A DNA stretch of 64,000 nucleotides, from assembly GCA_020845735.1 (NCBI GenBank), contig JADLFF010000037.1, forward strand, positions 2,615-66,614, in the 5' to 3' direction. The notes under the pieces are model-generated. The model ran no database searches, was not told the origin of the DNA, and saw nothing but the letters and a program-made list of their open reading frames with translations. The stretch comes from Dehalococcoidia bacterium. Lineage in GTDB: Bacteria > Chloroflexota > Dehalococcoidia > UBA2979. Each line of letters begins with the position of its first letter. Positions within the stretch are counted from its first letter, which is position 1. Shown here piece after piece: positions 36,098-45,554 of this stretch. A program made the translations under genes and the position numbers.

Positions 36098-37210
36098 GTG
36101 CAGGCGTGTACGCACCTGCGCGGGTATGAGAGAATCCACAGGCCAGCGGTCGAGGCGGCACGCCCTCGGGCGGTGTCGCGAGGAGGCCGGCCCGCGGTGG
36201 GTGCCTACGCGTTCCGATCTGCCCCGTCCCGTCTCAGTGCACTGAGCTCGCTCCAGCCGAGGCAGCTCGCACTCGTCCTCGGCCTGTCGAGCGTCCTCGC
36301 CGTTGCGGCCGCCGCCGCTCCCTCTACCCTCGCGGCCCCCGAGGTCGAGCGTCGCGTCGAGTCCAGCACCGAGGCCCAGCCGTGGAGTGACCTGCTCGCC
36401 CGCATCGTCCCACCCCCATCGAGGCGGCCCCCACCCCACGCACGCTTCAACCAGACCCAGGTCGTCTCGCTGTACGGCTTCCCCGGGGTCCCGGTCATGG
36501 GCGCCCTCGGCGAGTCTTCCCCCGAGGACGCCGCGCGCCGTGCCCAGCGCCTCGCCCGCGAGCACCAGGCGGCCGCGCCCGGCACCCGGGTCGTCGGCGC
36601 CCTCCACCTCATCGTCGGTGTCGCCGAGGTGGCGCCGGGGGCTGACGGGACCTACCTCAGCCGCCTCGATGCAGAAGTCATCGAGCGCTACCTCGCAGCC
36701 GCGCGCGCCCACGACCTCCTGCTCTTCCTCGACGTGCAGGTGGGCTGGGCCGACCCGCTCACCGAGGTGCAGCGGCTCGAACGCTTCCTCGTCGACCCCG
36801 ATGTGCAGGTCGCCCTCGACCCCGAGTTCGCCACCCGCGCCGCGAACGTGGCGCCCGGCAAGGTCATCGGCACGCTCCAGCCTGACGATGTGAACCGCGT
36901 CCAGCACTACCTGGCCGGGCTCGTCCGCGAGCACGGGATTCCGCCCAAGCTCCTCGTCCTCCACCAGTTCCTTGACTCGATGCTCGCCCGCCCCGCCGAG
37001 TACGACGACGTCTCCGAGGTCGAGATCGCCATCGACATGGACGGCTACGGCAGCGCCGGCTCCAAGCTCGATCACTACAACGAGTTCGCGCTCGCGCCCT
37101 ACGCAGAACGCCCGGGCATCAAGCTCTTCTACAAGTGGGACGTCCCCCTGCTGACCCCGGCGGACTTCGCCGGCCTCGCGCGCCGGCCCGGGCTCGTGAT
37201 CTACCAGTAG
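36098..37210 (+). CDS. Secreted hypothetical protein, possible TIM-barrel glycoside-hydrolase-like fold
   Basis: Signal peptide LALVLGLSSVLAVAAAAA. Alternating beta-strand/acidic patterns (LLLFLDVQ, VALDPE, KLLVLHQF, VEIAIDMDGYG). No definitive motif. Confidence 0.35.
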   Translation: MQACTHLRGYERIHRPAVEAARPRAVSRGGRPAVGAYAFRSAPSRLSALSSLQPRQLALVLGLSSVLAVAAAAAPSTLAAPEVERRVESSTEAQPWSDLLARIVPPPSRRPPPHARFNQTQVVSLYGFPGVPVMGALGESSPEDAARRAQRLAREHQAAAPGTRVVGALHLIVGVAEVAPGADGTYLSRLDAEVIERYLAAARAHDLLLFLDVQVGWADPLTEVQRLERFLVDPDVQVALDPEFATRAANVAPGKVIGTLQPDDVNRVQHYLAGLVREHGIPPKLLVLHQFLDSMLARPAEYDDVSEVEIAIDMDGYGSAGSKLDHYNEFALAPYAERPGIKLFYKWDVPLLTPADFAGLARRPGLVIYQ

Positions 37211-37361
37211 CCGCCCACGATCTCGCCCCAACCTGCCGAGGCGGGATGGCCCTCGAGATGCCCGCTACGATGTCGGCCGCTCCTCGAACGCCGCTCGAGC
37301 AGGTCGAGTCGGCGAGCAGCGCACCGAGTAGCCACGAGCAGCCCCCGGAGTCGAGGTCCAC

Positions 37362-38264
37362 ATGCGTGCCGTCCTGGTTGACCCATCTGTCGAGGGCGGA
37401 CTCCGCCTCGGTGAAGCGCCCGACCCGGAACCCCGTCCCGACCAGGTCCTCGTCCGCGCGCAGCACCTTGCGCTGAACTACGGCGACCTCAACGGCGCGA
37501 AGAGCCGGCCGGCCGGCTTCATCCCCGGCTGGGACGCCTCGGGCGTGGTGGTGCGCGCCGCATCGAGTGGCAACGGACCTGCCGAGGGCGCGCGCGTCGT
37601 CACGACCATGGGCACGCAGGCAGGCTGGGCCGAGCTGCGCGCCGTGGACCTCGATGAGCTGGCCGTGGTGCCGGCCGACATCGACCTCGCCGCGGCCTCC
37701 ACCCTCCCGATCGCGGGCGTCACCGCCCTCCGAGCGCTGACCCGCAGCGGTGCGCTGCTCGGCCGCCGCGTGCTGGTGACCGGCGCGTCGGGTGGCGTGG
37801 GCCGGTTCGCCGTGCAGCTCGCCGCGCTCGGCGGTGCACACGTGATCGCGAGCGTCGGCTCGGTGGCGCGTGGCGAGGGCCTGCGCGAGCTGGGGGCCAC
37901 CGAGGTCGCGGTCGGCCTCGAGGGCGTCACGTCGCCCATCCATGTCGTGATCGACAACGTCGGTGGCCCGCAGCTCGCCGCCGCGTGGCGCCTCCTGGGC
38001 GAGAACGGCGTCATCCAGTGCATCGGCACCACCTCCGGGCAGGAGGCGTCGTTCGCCTCGCTCGTCGGCATGCGGCGTAGCATCGAGGCGTTCACGAAGG
38101 GCCCGCGCTCCGGCGCCGACCTCGAGTTCCTGTTGCGCCTCCTCCAGGCCGGGAGGCTGCAGGTCGACATCGGCTGGCGTGGCTCCTGGACGCGCATCAC
38201 CGAGGCGGGGGCGGCCCTCTTCGGACGGCAGGTCGCCGGCAAGGCCGTGCTCGACGTCGACTAG
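37362..38264 (+). CDS. Zinc-independent MDR-family quinone oxidoreductase / alcohol dehydrogenase-like
   Basis: Rossmann VLVTGASGGVGRFAVQLAALGGAHV. N-terminal GroES-like region. Confidence 0.8.
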   Translation: MRAVLVDPSVEGGLRLGEAPDPEPRPDQVLVRAQHLALNYGDLNGAKSRPAGFIPGWDASGVVVRAASSGNGPAEGARVVTTMGTQAGWAELRAVDLDELAVVPADIDLAAASTLPIAGVTALRALTRSGALLGRRVLVTGASGGVGRFAVQLAALGGAHVIASVGSVARGEGLRELGATEVAVGLEGVTSPIHVVIDNVGGPQLAAAWRLLGENGVIQCIGTTSGQEASFASLVGMRRSIEAFTKGPRSGADLEFLLRLLQAGRLQVDIGWRGSWTRITEAGAALFGRQVAGKAVLDVD

Positions 38265-38329
38265 CAGCTCCGCGAGGCGTAGCCACCCTCGCACGAACGA
38301 CGGACGGAACCGAACGGAGCGACCGCCGT

Positions 38330-39622
38330 ATGGCCGCACACAGACCCGGGCTCGCCGAGGCGTTCAGCGCGCTCGGCTTCCCCGCGTACCGGCAGTTCGC
38401 CATCTCGCTGCTGCTCACCTCGCTCGGCGCGCAGCTCCTCCAGGTCGCGATCTTCTGGCAGGTTTACGAGCTCACCGGGAGCGCGCTGCTCCTCGGCCTG
38501 ACGGGCCTCGCGAGGGCGCTCCCGCACATGGTCCTCTCGCTCGTCGGCGGAGTCGTCGCCGACCGCTGGGATCGAGTGCGACTCATCCAGATCGGCCAGG
38601 TCGGCAACGGCCTCCTCGTCTTTGGCCTCGCCGCCGTGACCGTGACCGGCAGCGTCGAGGTCTGGCACCTCTACGCGATCACCGTGCTGAACAGCGCGCT
38701 CACCGCCGTCACGCAGCCGGCGAGGACGGCGATCATCCCCCGGCTCGTGCCGGGCGCCAACCTCGTCAACGCGATCGCGCTGAACGCCACCATCCAGCAG
38801 GTCTCACAGATCGTCGGGCCGGCCCTCGGAGGCGTCGCGATCGGCGCGCTTGACCTCGGGCCGACGTACGCCATCAACGGCGCGATCTACGTCGTCGCGA
38901 TGCTGGCCATCCTCGGCATCCGCGTGCCGAGGTCGGTTGCCGCCGTGGAGGAAGGACCGTGGCAGAGCTTCCTCGAGGGGATGCGCTTCGTGCGAGCGCG
39001 TCCCGCGATCATCTCGCTGCTCGCCCTCGATGTCGGTGCGACGCTCCTCGGGAGCTACCGCGCGCTGCTCCCGCTCTTCTCCGAGGCGCTGGGCGTGGGC
39101 CCGACGGGGTACGGCGTGCTGAGCGCGGCACCGGGCGTCGGGAGCCTCGTCGGGGCGGCCTGGATCATGTCCCGCGGCGACATGCGCTACAAGGGCCTCT
39201 ACACGGTCGCGGGCGTGCTCGGCTACAGCGTGTCGCTGGTCCTCCTCGCCGTGTCGCCGTCGTTCTGGCTGGCCGCGGTGGCCTCGGCGCTGCTGGGCGC
39301 CACCAACTCGATCCAGATGATCCCGAGGAACAGCGCGATCCTTGGCATCTCGCCGGATGCGCTGCGCGGGCGCGTCGAGGCGTTCCGCAGCATGCTCGCA
39401 GGTGGCGCGCCGCCCCTCGGCTACACCTTGAGCGGAGCCGTGGCCGCCGCCATCGGCGCGCCGCTGGCCGTCTTCTGGGGCGGCGTCGCGTGTGCGCTGT
39501 TCACCGTGGGGGTCGCGATGACGCGGCGCGAGCTGCGCGACCCCGACCTCGGCGTGCCGATCGAGGTGCCGGCTACCCGTCGAGGCGCGCCCAGCGCCAG
39601 TCGGACGGCGCGAACACGATGA
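38330..39622 (+). CDS. MFS transporter (EntS-like exporter family)
   Basis: 12 predicted TM helices. GGVVADRWDR motif in loop 2–3. Confidence 0.8.
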   Translation: MAAHRPGLAEAFSALGFPAYRQFAISLLLTSLGAQLLQVAIFWQVYELTGSALLLGLTGLARALPHMVLSLVGGVVADRWDRVRLIQIGQVGNGLLVFGLAAVTVTGSVEVWHLYAITVLNSALTAVTQPARTAIIPRLVPGANLVNAIALNATIQQVSQIVGPALGGVAIGALDLGPTYAINGAIYVVAMLAILGIRVPRSVAAVEEGPWQSFLEGMRFVRARPAIISLLALDVGATLLGSYRALLPLFSEALGVGPTGYGVLSAAPGVGSLVGAAWIMSRGDMRYKGLYTVAGVLGYSVSLVLLAVSPSFWLAAVASALLGATNSIQMIPRNSAILGISPDALRGRVEAFRSMLAGGAPPLGYTLSGAVAAAIGAPLAVFWGGVACALFTVGVAMTRRELRDPDLGVPIEVPATRRGAPSASRTARTR

Positions 39623-39980
39623 GCGTCGGCTCACCGGGCTGGCTCCCGTTGCCCGGCGCCTCCCCGAGGTAGGCCTCCGCCTCGGCGCCCTGGAGGAGCC
39701 GCGCCTCGCCGTAGACCACGACGCACGTCGGGCCGTCCGTGACGGCGAGCGAGACGTTCGGGTTCTTGCGCGCGTTCTTCACCTTGGCCGCAGAGTCCGC
39801 CGAGGAGATCACGACGTCACCGTCGTCGCGGAAGGCGTACCGCAGGATCGACTGCTGCGGACCGCCGCTCTTCCGTCCCGTCGCGAACACGCCGAGCGTG
39901 TGGCTGCGGAGGAACTCCTCGGCCTGGGCCTTCCGCTCCGCATACGTCTTGCGCGGCTGCGCGGGAGGTTGAGTCGTCAT
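39573..39980 (-). CDS. PPOX-class (pyridoxamine 5'-phosphate oxidase-like) F420/FMN-binding split-barrel protein
   Basis: HTLGVFATGRKSGGPQQSILRYAF...VISSADSAAKVKNARKNPNVSLAV pattern. Trimmed to MTTQPP. Confidence 0.6.
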   Translation of the reverse strand: MTTQPPAQPRKTYAERKAQAEEFLRSHTLGVFATGRKSGGPQQSILRYAFRDDGDVVISSADSAAKVKNARKNPNVSLAVTDGPTCVVVYGEARLLQGAEAEAYLGEAPGNGSQPGEPTLIVFAPSDWRWARLDG

Positions 39981-40173
39981 CGAGCGCCCTTTCCGTCGGC
40001 GGCGCACCGCCCTCTCGAGGTGTGATCGGGCCGCAGCCTAGCCCGGCTGCCGCACCGCGTCGAGAACGGCGGCCACGAGGACGGCGAACGTGAGGACGCG
40101 CTGCCCGCGGGACATCGAGGCACTGCGTGGATGTCGGGGTGCGAACGGGCCGGCGACGGCCGGCCCTCGAGGC

Positions 40174-40380
40174 CTAGGCGACCGCCTCGATCGACGCGCG
40201 CTGCCACACCAGGCGGCCGCGCTCGTCACGCACGAGCTCCGCGTAGCCGCGCTCGCGCAGCTGCTGCAACGCGCGTGCCGCGGCCCACTCGGAGCACCCG
40301 ACGGCGCCCGCCACATCCGCCGAGGTCATCCCGCCCGCATCCAGGGTCGAGAGGACGATGTCGTACGAAGGTCGGCTCAC
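40174..40380 (-). CDS. Small winged-helix DNA-binding protein (MarR/ArsR-like), low confidence
   Basis: SYDIVLSTLDAGGMTSADVAGAVGCSEWAAARALQQLRERGYAELV wHTH pattern. GTG start inferred. Confidence 0.25.
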   Translation of the reverse strand: MSRPSYDIVLSTLDAGGMTSADVAGAVGCSEWAAARALQQLRERGYAELVRDERGRLVWQRASIEAVA

Positions 40381-40578
40381 GTCGGACTCCGCTCGAGGCC
40401 ACAGGCTCGGGGTGTTCGGACCCCCGAGGTGCGCGGCCGGTTCTGTACGAACGGCGCCGCCCTTCCCTGGCGTTTCACCAATTCGTACACAGGCGATTGT
40501 TCTGATGCGTCTGGCGTCAGGATGTATGGATTTGTGACGGGGCACTCTGACGTCTCACTGACAGATGCCAGCGGAACC

Positions 40579-40848
40579 TCAAGATCCACCACCAATTGGG
40601 GGTACGAGGTAGATCTCGGCGTCTGCCGCCACCACCTGCACGAGCTCGCCGCCCTCGAGGATCGACCCGTCGATGGCGATCGCCATGTCCTCGCGGACCG
40701 CGCCGTCCTCGATCACCCGCGCCACGAGGTCGGGACACTCGCGTGCGACCGCCGCGAACACCTGGCCGATCGTGCCGCCCTCGACCTCGAACGCGGCGCG
40801 CCCCCCGGTCAGGGCGCGCAGCGAGGACGGCACGTGCAACGTCGGCAT
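40579..40848 (-). CDS. MoaD/ThiS-family small sulfur-carrier-like protein
   Basis: 89 aa beta-grasp pattern ending ...LVPPIGGGS. Immediately downstream of the molybdopterin-binding subunit gene. Confidence 0.55.
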   Translation of the reverse strand: MPTLHVPSSLRALTGGRAAFEVEGGTIGQVFAAVARECPDLVARVIEDGAVREDMAIAIDGSILEGGELVQVVAADAEIYLVPPIGGGS

Positions 40849-40865
40849 CGAGGGCGCTCCGAGGG

Positions 40866-43169
40866 CTACGCGCCGCCCGCCTGCTCGTCGAGCAGCTCGA
40901 GGATCACGCGCGGCGACGCTGGCAACGAGGTGACCCGCACGCCGATGGCATCGTGGATCGCGTTCGCGATCGCGCCCAGCGGCGGGATGATCGGCACCTC
41001 GCCCACGCCTCGGACGCCGTACGGGTGACCCGGGTTCGGCACCTCGACGAGCACCGTGTCGATCATCGGGAGGTCGTTCGCGACGGGCATGCGGTAGTCG
41101 AGGAAGGACGCGTTCAGCATCCGCCCGTTCGAGTCGTACACATACTCCTCGTTCAGCGCCATGCCGATGCCCTGCACCGCGCCACCCTGGATCTGCCCCT
41201 CGACGTACGCCGGGTGGATCGCCTTGCCGACGTCCTGCACCGCGGTGTAGCGCAGGACGGTGACCTTGCCCGTCTCGCGGTCGACGTGCACGTCCGCGAT
41301 GTGCGCACCGAAGCAGGCGCCCACCTTGCCGACGTTCGTGCTCACGATGTCCGCCTGGCCCTGGATCATCCCGCCCGTGCCCGGGAGGCGGCGGGCCGCC
41401 TCCTTGAAGGTCATCACCTTGCCATCGGGTCCGTGCAGGGCGGCGTCCGAGGGGTCGTACGCCACCTCATCAGCCGCGCACTCCCAGATCCGCGCCGCGC
41501 GCTGCTCGAGTTGCTCGCGCACGTCCATCGCCGCCTGGTAGACCGCCCAGCCCGTCGCAAACGTCGTGCGACTGCCGCCCGTGTTGCCCGTGAACCCGAT
41601 CGTGTCCGTGTCGCCGACGAGGGAGTTGATGTCCTCGTAGGCGATGCCCATCGCCTCCGCGAACTGCATCGCGAGGGCGGCACGCTGGCCCCCGATGTCC
41701 ACCGAGCCGGTCACGAGGGTGACCCGGCCATCGGCGTGCACCATCGCGTACGCCGAGGACTCGCCGCCGCCGTTCTGCCAGAAGCCCATGGCCACGCCAC
41801 GTCCGATGTCGGCGCCCACCGTCTCGGAGCGGTAGTGCGGATGCGAGATCACCGCCTGCATCACCTCGCGCGCCCCGATGTTGCCCTGCACCGCCCCGTC
41901 CGAGCGCGGCATGCCCAGCGCCGTGCAGTTCCGCAGCCGCAGCTCCATCGGGTCGATGTCCAGCTGCTCCGCCAGCTCATCGAGGATCGACTCGACGGGG
42001 AACTCGCCCGCGGGGGCGCCGGGCGCGCGGTAGGCGGCCGTCTTCGGCCGGTTGAGCACCACGTCGAGGCCCACGACGCGCTGGTTCGGCACCACGTAGG
42101 GCCCGAGGGCGCATCGCGCGCCGCCGGCCACGGGCGAGCCCGGGTAGGCGCCCGCCTCGAACTCGAGGCGCACGTCCGCGGCGAGGAGCTTGCCTTCCTT
42201 CGTCGCGCCGACCTTGATCCAGGACCGCGTGCCCGAGGTGGGGCCGGTGGCCTCGAGGACCTCGGTGCGGTTCATCGTGAGCTGCACCGGCCGCCCGGTC
42301 TTCCTCGAGAGGAGCGCAGCGATCGGTTCGAGGTAGACGACGTTCTTGGCGCCGAAGCCGCCGCCGATCTCGGCGGGGATCACGCGCAGATCGCCGAGCG
42401 GCAGGTTGAGGACGCGCGCCACGTTCTGCCGGATCCCGAAGGCGCCCTGCGTGCTCGTCCAGATCGTGACCTTGCCGTCGCGGTTCCAGACCGCCGTGGC
42501 GTTGTGCGGCTCGATGTAGCCCTGGTGGTACATCGCGGTCTCGTACTGGCGCTCCAGCACGATGTCCGCCTGCGCGAACCCCGCCTCGAGGTCGCCGAAG
42601 CCGAGGGTGAACTGGCGCGCAATGTTCGAGGGCTTCCCGTCCACCGGGTCGAACAGCCCGTCAACCAGCGAGGCGAGACCGTCGTCGTGGAGGATGGGCG
42701 CGTCCGGCGCCAGCGCGTCGTCGAGCGTCGCGACCGCCTGCAGCACCTCGTACTCCACCTCGATCAGCGCCGCGGCGTCCTCGGCGACGTGTGGGTCGGT
42801 CGCGCAGACGGCGGCCACGGGGTGGCCTCGGAAGAGCACCTTGCGCCCCGCGAGGATGCGCTCGGTGTCCCACCGCGTCGGCTGTGGGCCGCGCACCGTC
42901 TGCATCACCGGCTCGAGGGGTTCCGGGAAGTCGGCGTTGGTCAGGACGGCGTGCACGCCGGGCAGCGCCAGCGCCTTCGAGGCGTCGACGCGCTTCACGA
43001 GGGCGTGCGCGTGCGGGCTCCGCAGCACCTTGCCGTAGAGCATCCCCGGCAGGCGCACGTCGGCGCCGTAGACCGCGCGTCCCGTGACCTTGTCCACGCC
43101 GTCGGGGCGCACCGGGTTCGTGCCGATGACGCGGTACTCGGTGGAGGGTGCGCTCTCGGTGGTGGTCAT
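40866..43169 (-). CDS. Xanthine dehydrogenase / aldehyde oxidase / CoxL-family molybdopterin-binding large subunit
   Basis: 767 aa. YRVIGTNPVRPDGVDKVTGRAVYGADV N-terminus, GGGFG motif and large Mo-binding domains. Trimmed to the ATG at 43169; upstream track residues lie in repeat DNA. Confidence 0.85.
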   Translation of the reverse strand: MTTTESAPSTEYRVIGTNPVRPDGVDKVTGRAVYGADVRLPGMLYGKVLRSPHAHALVKRVDASKALALPGVHAVLTNADFPEPLEPVMQTVRGPQPTRWDTERILAGRKVLFRGHPVAAVCATDPHVAEDAAALIEVEYEVLQAVATLDDALAPDAPILHDDGLASLVDGLFDPVDGKPSNIARQFTLGFGDLEAGFAQADIVLERQYETAMYHQGYIEPHNATAVWNRDGKVTIWTSTQGAFGIRQNVARVLNLPLGDLRVIPAEIGGGFGAKNVVYLEPIAALLSRKTGRPVQLTMNRTEVLEATGPTSGTRSWIKVGATKEGKLLAADVRLEFEAGAYPGSPVAGGARCALGPYVVPNQRVVGLDVVLNRPKTAAYRAPGAPAGEFPVESILDELAEQLDIDPMELRLRNCTALGMPRSDGAVQGNIGAREVMQAVISHPHYRSETVGADIGRGVAMGFWQNGGGESSAYAMVHADGRVTLVTGSVDIGGQRAALAMQFAEAMGIAYEDINSLVGDTDTIGFTGNTGGSRTTFATGWAVYQAAMDVREQLEQRAARIWECAADEVAYDPSDAALHGPDGKVMTFKEAARRLPGTGGMIQGQADIVSTNVGKVGACFGAHIADVHVDRETGKVTVLRYTAVQDVGKAIHPAYVEGQIQGGAVQGIGMALNEEYVYDSNGRMLNASFLDYRMPVANDLPMIDTVLVEVPNPGHPYGVRGVGEVPIIPPLGAIANAIHDAIGVRVTSLPASPRVILELLDEQAGGA

Positions 43170-43339
43170 GGCGCGATCCTTCCCGCAGGAGGCGTGCGTG
43201 GGTTCGAGGTGCGCCGCGCAGCCGAGGCGCGCGCGTGGCGCCGATAATACAAGCCCCATCGAGCGCTGCGTCGCGCCCTCGCCGCTGCCATTCCCCCCTC
43301 GGACCTCCCACCCCCACACCCCACCATCTCCCCATGCCG

Positions 43340-43740
43340 CCCCACCTTCCGAGGCACGCCCCGTCCACCCGAGGCGCACCAACGTCCGCCGTCCCCCGTT
43401 CGTGGTGAGCCTGGCGAACCACACCCGCCATCCTCGGGAGTGCGAATCGAGGTGCCCCTCATGTCAGAGTCGAGCCCTCCACCTCCCGAGGCGCACCAAT
43501 GTCCGCCGTCCCCCGTTCGTGGTGAGCCTGGCGAACCACCCCGCCGTCCAAACAAGTGCGAATCGGGGTGTCCCCCCGTCCGAGGCACGCCGTCAACGCC
43601 GTCCCCCGTTCGTGGTGAGCCTGTCGAACCACCCCGCCATCCAAACAAGTGCGAATCGAGGCGCCCCTCCTCCCGAGGCACGACCGTCATCCCGTCCGAT
43701 CCACGCCGTCCTCGGGAGTGCGAATCGAGGTCCCACCCCC
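43340..43740. repeat. Degenerate tandem array (3 full + 1 partial units of about 95–118 bp) in the divergent promoter region of the cox-like genes
   Basis: Core GTCCCCCGTTCGTGGTGAGCCTGGCGAACCAC at about 43391, 43508 and 43601. GTGCGAATCG(A/G)GG at about 43437, 43555, 43649 and 43718. Each unit carries the inverted repeats GTTCG...CGAAC and GTGGT...ACCAC. Confidence 0.6.
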
Positions 43741-43756
43741 TCCGCACACCGAACCG

Positions 43757-43822
43757 AAACAATCAAGACAATCAAGCCCCGAATCTGGAGCACCCCCGTC
43801 AATCAAGAACAATCAAGTCTGC
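43757..43822. repeat. CAATCAAG-rich element (4 direct copies at 43760, 43769, 43800, 43810), reverse-complement homolog of the transposon insertion site at 55717–55777
   Basis: The reverse complement reads ...GACTTGATTGTTCTTGATTGACGG...AGATTCGGGGCTTGATTGTCTTGATTG, about 75% identical to the reconstructed pre-insertion target flanking the IS1595-type transposon. Confidence 0.5.
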
Positions 43823-43937
43823 TAGCCTCCCCGGGATTCGCCGGACGCGGCACAATGTCGCCGCGCACGGCCACCCTCGACCCGACCGCTCGCCCGCACC
43901 TGCCGAGGCGCGGACAGCCACCGAGAATGGAGCGCGG

Positions 43938-44855
43938 ATGCAGGCCCTGAAGTACGCGCGGGCTGCCAGCGTCGACGACGCCATCCGCCTGTTGCGCGAC
44001 GGCGGCGAGGCCGCACGCGTGCTCGCCGGCGGCACCGACCTCATCGTCCAGGCCCGCGAGCGCCGTCGTGAGGTGCACCTCCTCGTCGACATCAAGCGGC
44101 TGGCCGAGACCATGGTGCTGGCATACCACGCGCCGACGCCGCCGGACGCACCGCCGGGCTTCTACATCTACCCGGGCCTCGAGGTGGGGGCCGCCGTGCC
44201 GCTCTACCGGGTGTATGGCGACCCCGACGTGCAGCGCCACTACCGCGCGCTCGTCGAGGCGTCCCACGTCATCGGCGGCACCGCGATCCAGGGGCGCGCG
44301 ACGCTCGGGGGGAACCTCGCGAACGCATCGCCCGCCGCCGACTCCATCCCCGCGATGATGGCCCTCGGCGGGGTGGCCCGCGTCGTCGGTGCCGGCGGGA
44401 CGCGCGAGATCCCGGTCGCCGAGTTCTGCACGGGACCGGGCCGGAGCGCGCTCCAACCCACCGAGTTCATCGTGTCGCTCTACTTCCCCCCACCTGCCTC
44501 GAGGAGCGGCTCGGCGTGGGAGCGCTTCATCCCGCGCAACGAGATGGACATCGCCGTCGTCAACGCCGCCGCGTACCTCGCCTTCGAGGGCGACACGGTC
44601 TCCGAGGCGCGGCTCGCCCTCGGTGCCGTTGCCCCCACGCCGCTCGCGCTCCCCGATGTCGCCGCGGCACTCGTCGGGCGCCCGCTGGACGACGCGGCCA
44701 TCGATCGCGCATCGGCAGCGGCATCGGCGGCGGCGCGCCCGATCTCGGACATGCGCGGCACCGAGGCGCAGCGCCGGCGCCTCGTGGGCGTGCTCGTCGG
44801 CCGAGTGCTGAGGAAGGCCGCCGCCCGCGCGCGCGGCGAGGAGGTGCCCGCATGA
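43938..44855 (+). CDS. FAD-binding subunit of the xanthine dehydrogenase/CoxM family
   Basis: VLAGGTDLIVQARERRREVHLLVDIKRL FAD-binding PCMH pattern. Trimmed from track ORF 43440.., whose N-terminus lies in the repeat array. Confidence 0.8.
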   Translation: MQALKYARAASVDDAIRLLRDGGEAARVLAGGTDLIVQARERRREVHLLVDIKRLAETMVLAYHAPTPPDAPPGFYIYPGLEVGAAVPLYRVYGDPDVQRHYRALVEASHVIGGTAIQGRATLGGNLANASPAADSIPAMMALGGVARVVGAGGTREIPVAEFCTGPGRSALQPTEFIVSLYFPPPASRSGSAWERFIPRNEMDIAVVNAAAYLAFEGDTVSEARLALGAVAPTPLALPDVAAALVGRPLDDAAIDRASAAASAAARPISDMRGTEAQRRRLVGVLVGRVLRKAAARARGEEVPA

Positions 44856-45457
44856 CCACCGAGACCGGCCGCCCTGCCCTCGAGGCACGGGACGCGCTCG
44901 ACGAGCGCATCGTCGTCACCGCCACGATCAACGGCGACGAGCGCTCGTGGCTCTCGTCGTCGCGCGATTCGCTCCTCGAGGCCCTGCGTGAGCGCCTCCA
45001 GCTCACGGGGTCCAAGGAGGGCTGCAACAACGGCAACTGCGGCGCGTGCTCGGTCATCCTCGATGGCCGGCTCGTGAACTCCTGCCTCGTCATGGCCGCC
45101 GAGGTCGAGGGCGCGAGCGTCACCACCGTCGAGGGGCTGGCCCGGCCCGAGGCGCTGCACCCGCTGCAGACCGCCTTCCTCGAGAACGCGGCGCTGCAGT
45201 GCGGCATCTGCACCCCGGGCTTCCTCGTCGCCTCGAGCGCCCTGCTCGCCCAGAACACGGCCCCCTCCGAGGAGGAGATCCGCTTCTGGCTCGCGGGCAA
45301 CCTCTGCCGCTGCACCGGCTACGACAAGATCATCCGTGCCGTGCAGCAGGCCGCCGAGGAGGTGCGCACCGGCGTGCACCGCTCGCCGATCGCGGGGACC
45401 GGCACGCACGGCGCCGAGGCTGGAGTCGAGTCCAACACCGCCATCGAGGGCGAGTGA
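44852..45457 (+). CDS. (2Fe-2S)-binding small subunit (CoxS family)
   Basis: CNNGNCGACSV and CGICTPGF...CRCTGY cysteine clusters. ATGA overlap with the FAD subunit. Confidence 0.85.
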   Translation: MTTETGRPALEARDALDERIVVTATINGDERSWLSSSRDSLLEALRERLQLTGSKEGCNNGNCGACSVILDGRLVNSCLVMAAEVEGASVTTVEGLARPEALHPLQTAFLENAALQCGICTPGFLVASSALLAQNTAPSEEEIRFWLAGNLCRCTGYDKIIRAVQQAAEEVRTGVHRSPIAGTGTHGAEAGVESNTAIEGE

Positions 45458-45554
45458 GGAAGGGACTGCGCGCCCGACGCGGGCGACGAGACTGAGCGCC
45501 CAACGAGGGCGAGGAGACTGAGTGCCCGACCACGTCGGGAGAGGGAGGGGACCG

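Noticed and set aside
37119-38339. 406-aa minus-strand ORF over the quinone oxidoreductase gene
   Set aside because: Antisense to a gene with a clear Rossmann motif. RG-rich composition.
40596-43247. 883-aa plus-strand ORF covering the CoxL-like gene, and 312-aa ORF 40090..41028
   Set aside because: Opposite strand of a clear molybdopterin-subunit gene. Composition is RG-rich and repetitive.
43340-43740. Possible CRISPR array
   Set aside because: Repeat units are about 95–118 bp and degenerate. There is no short-repeat/unique-spacer alternation, and no cas genes are nearby.
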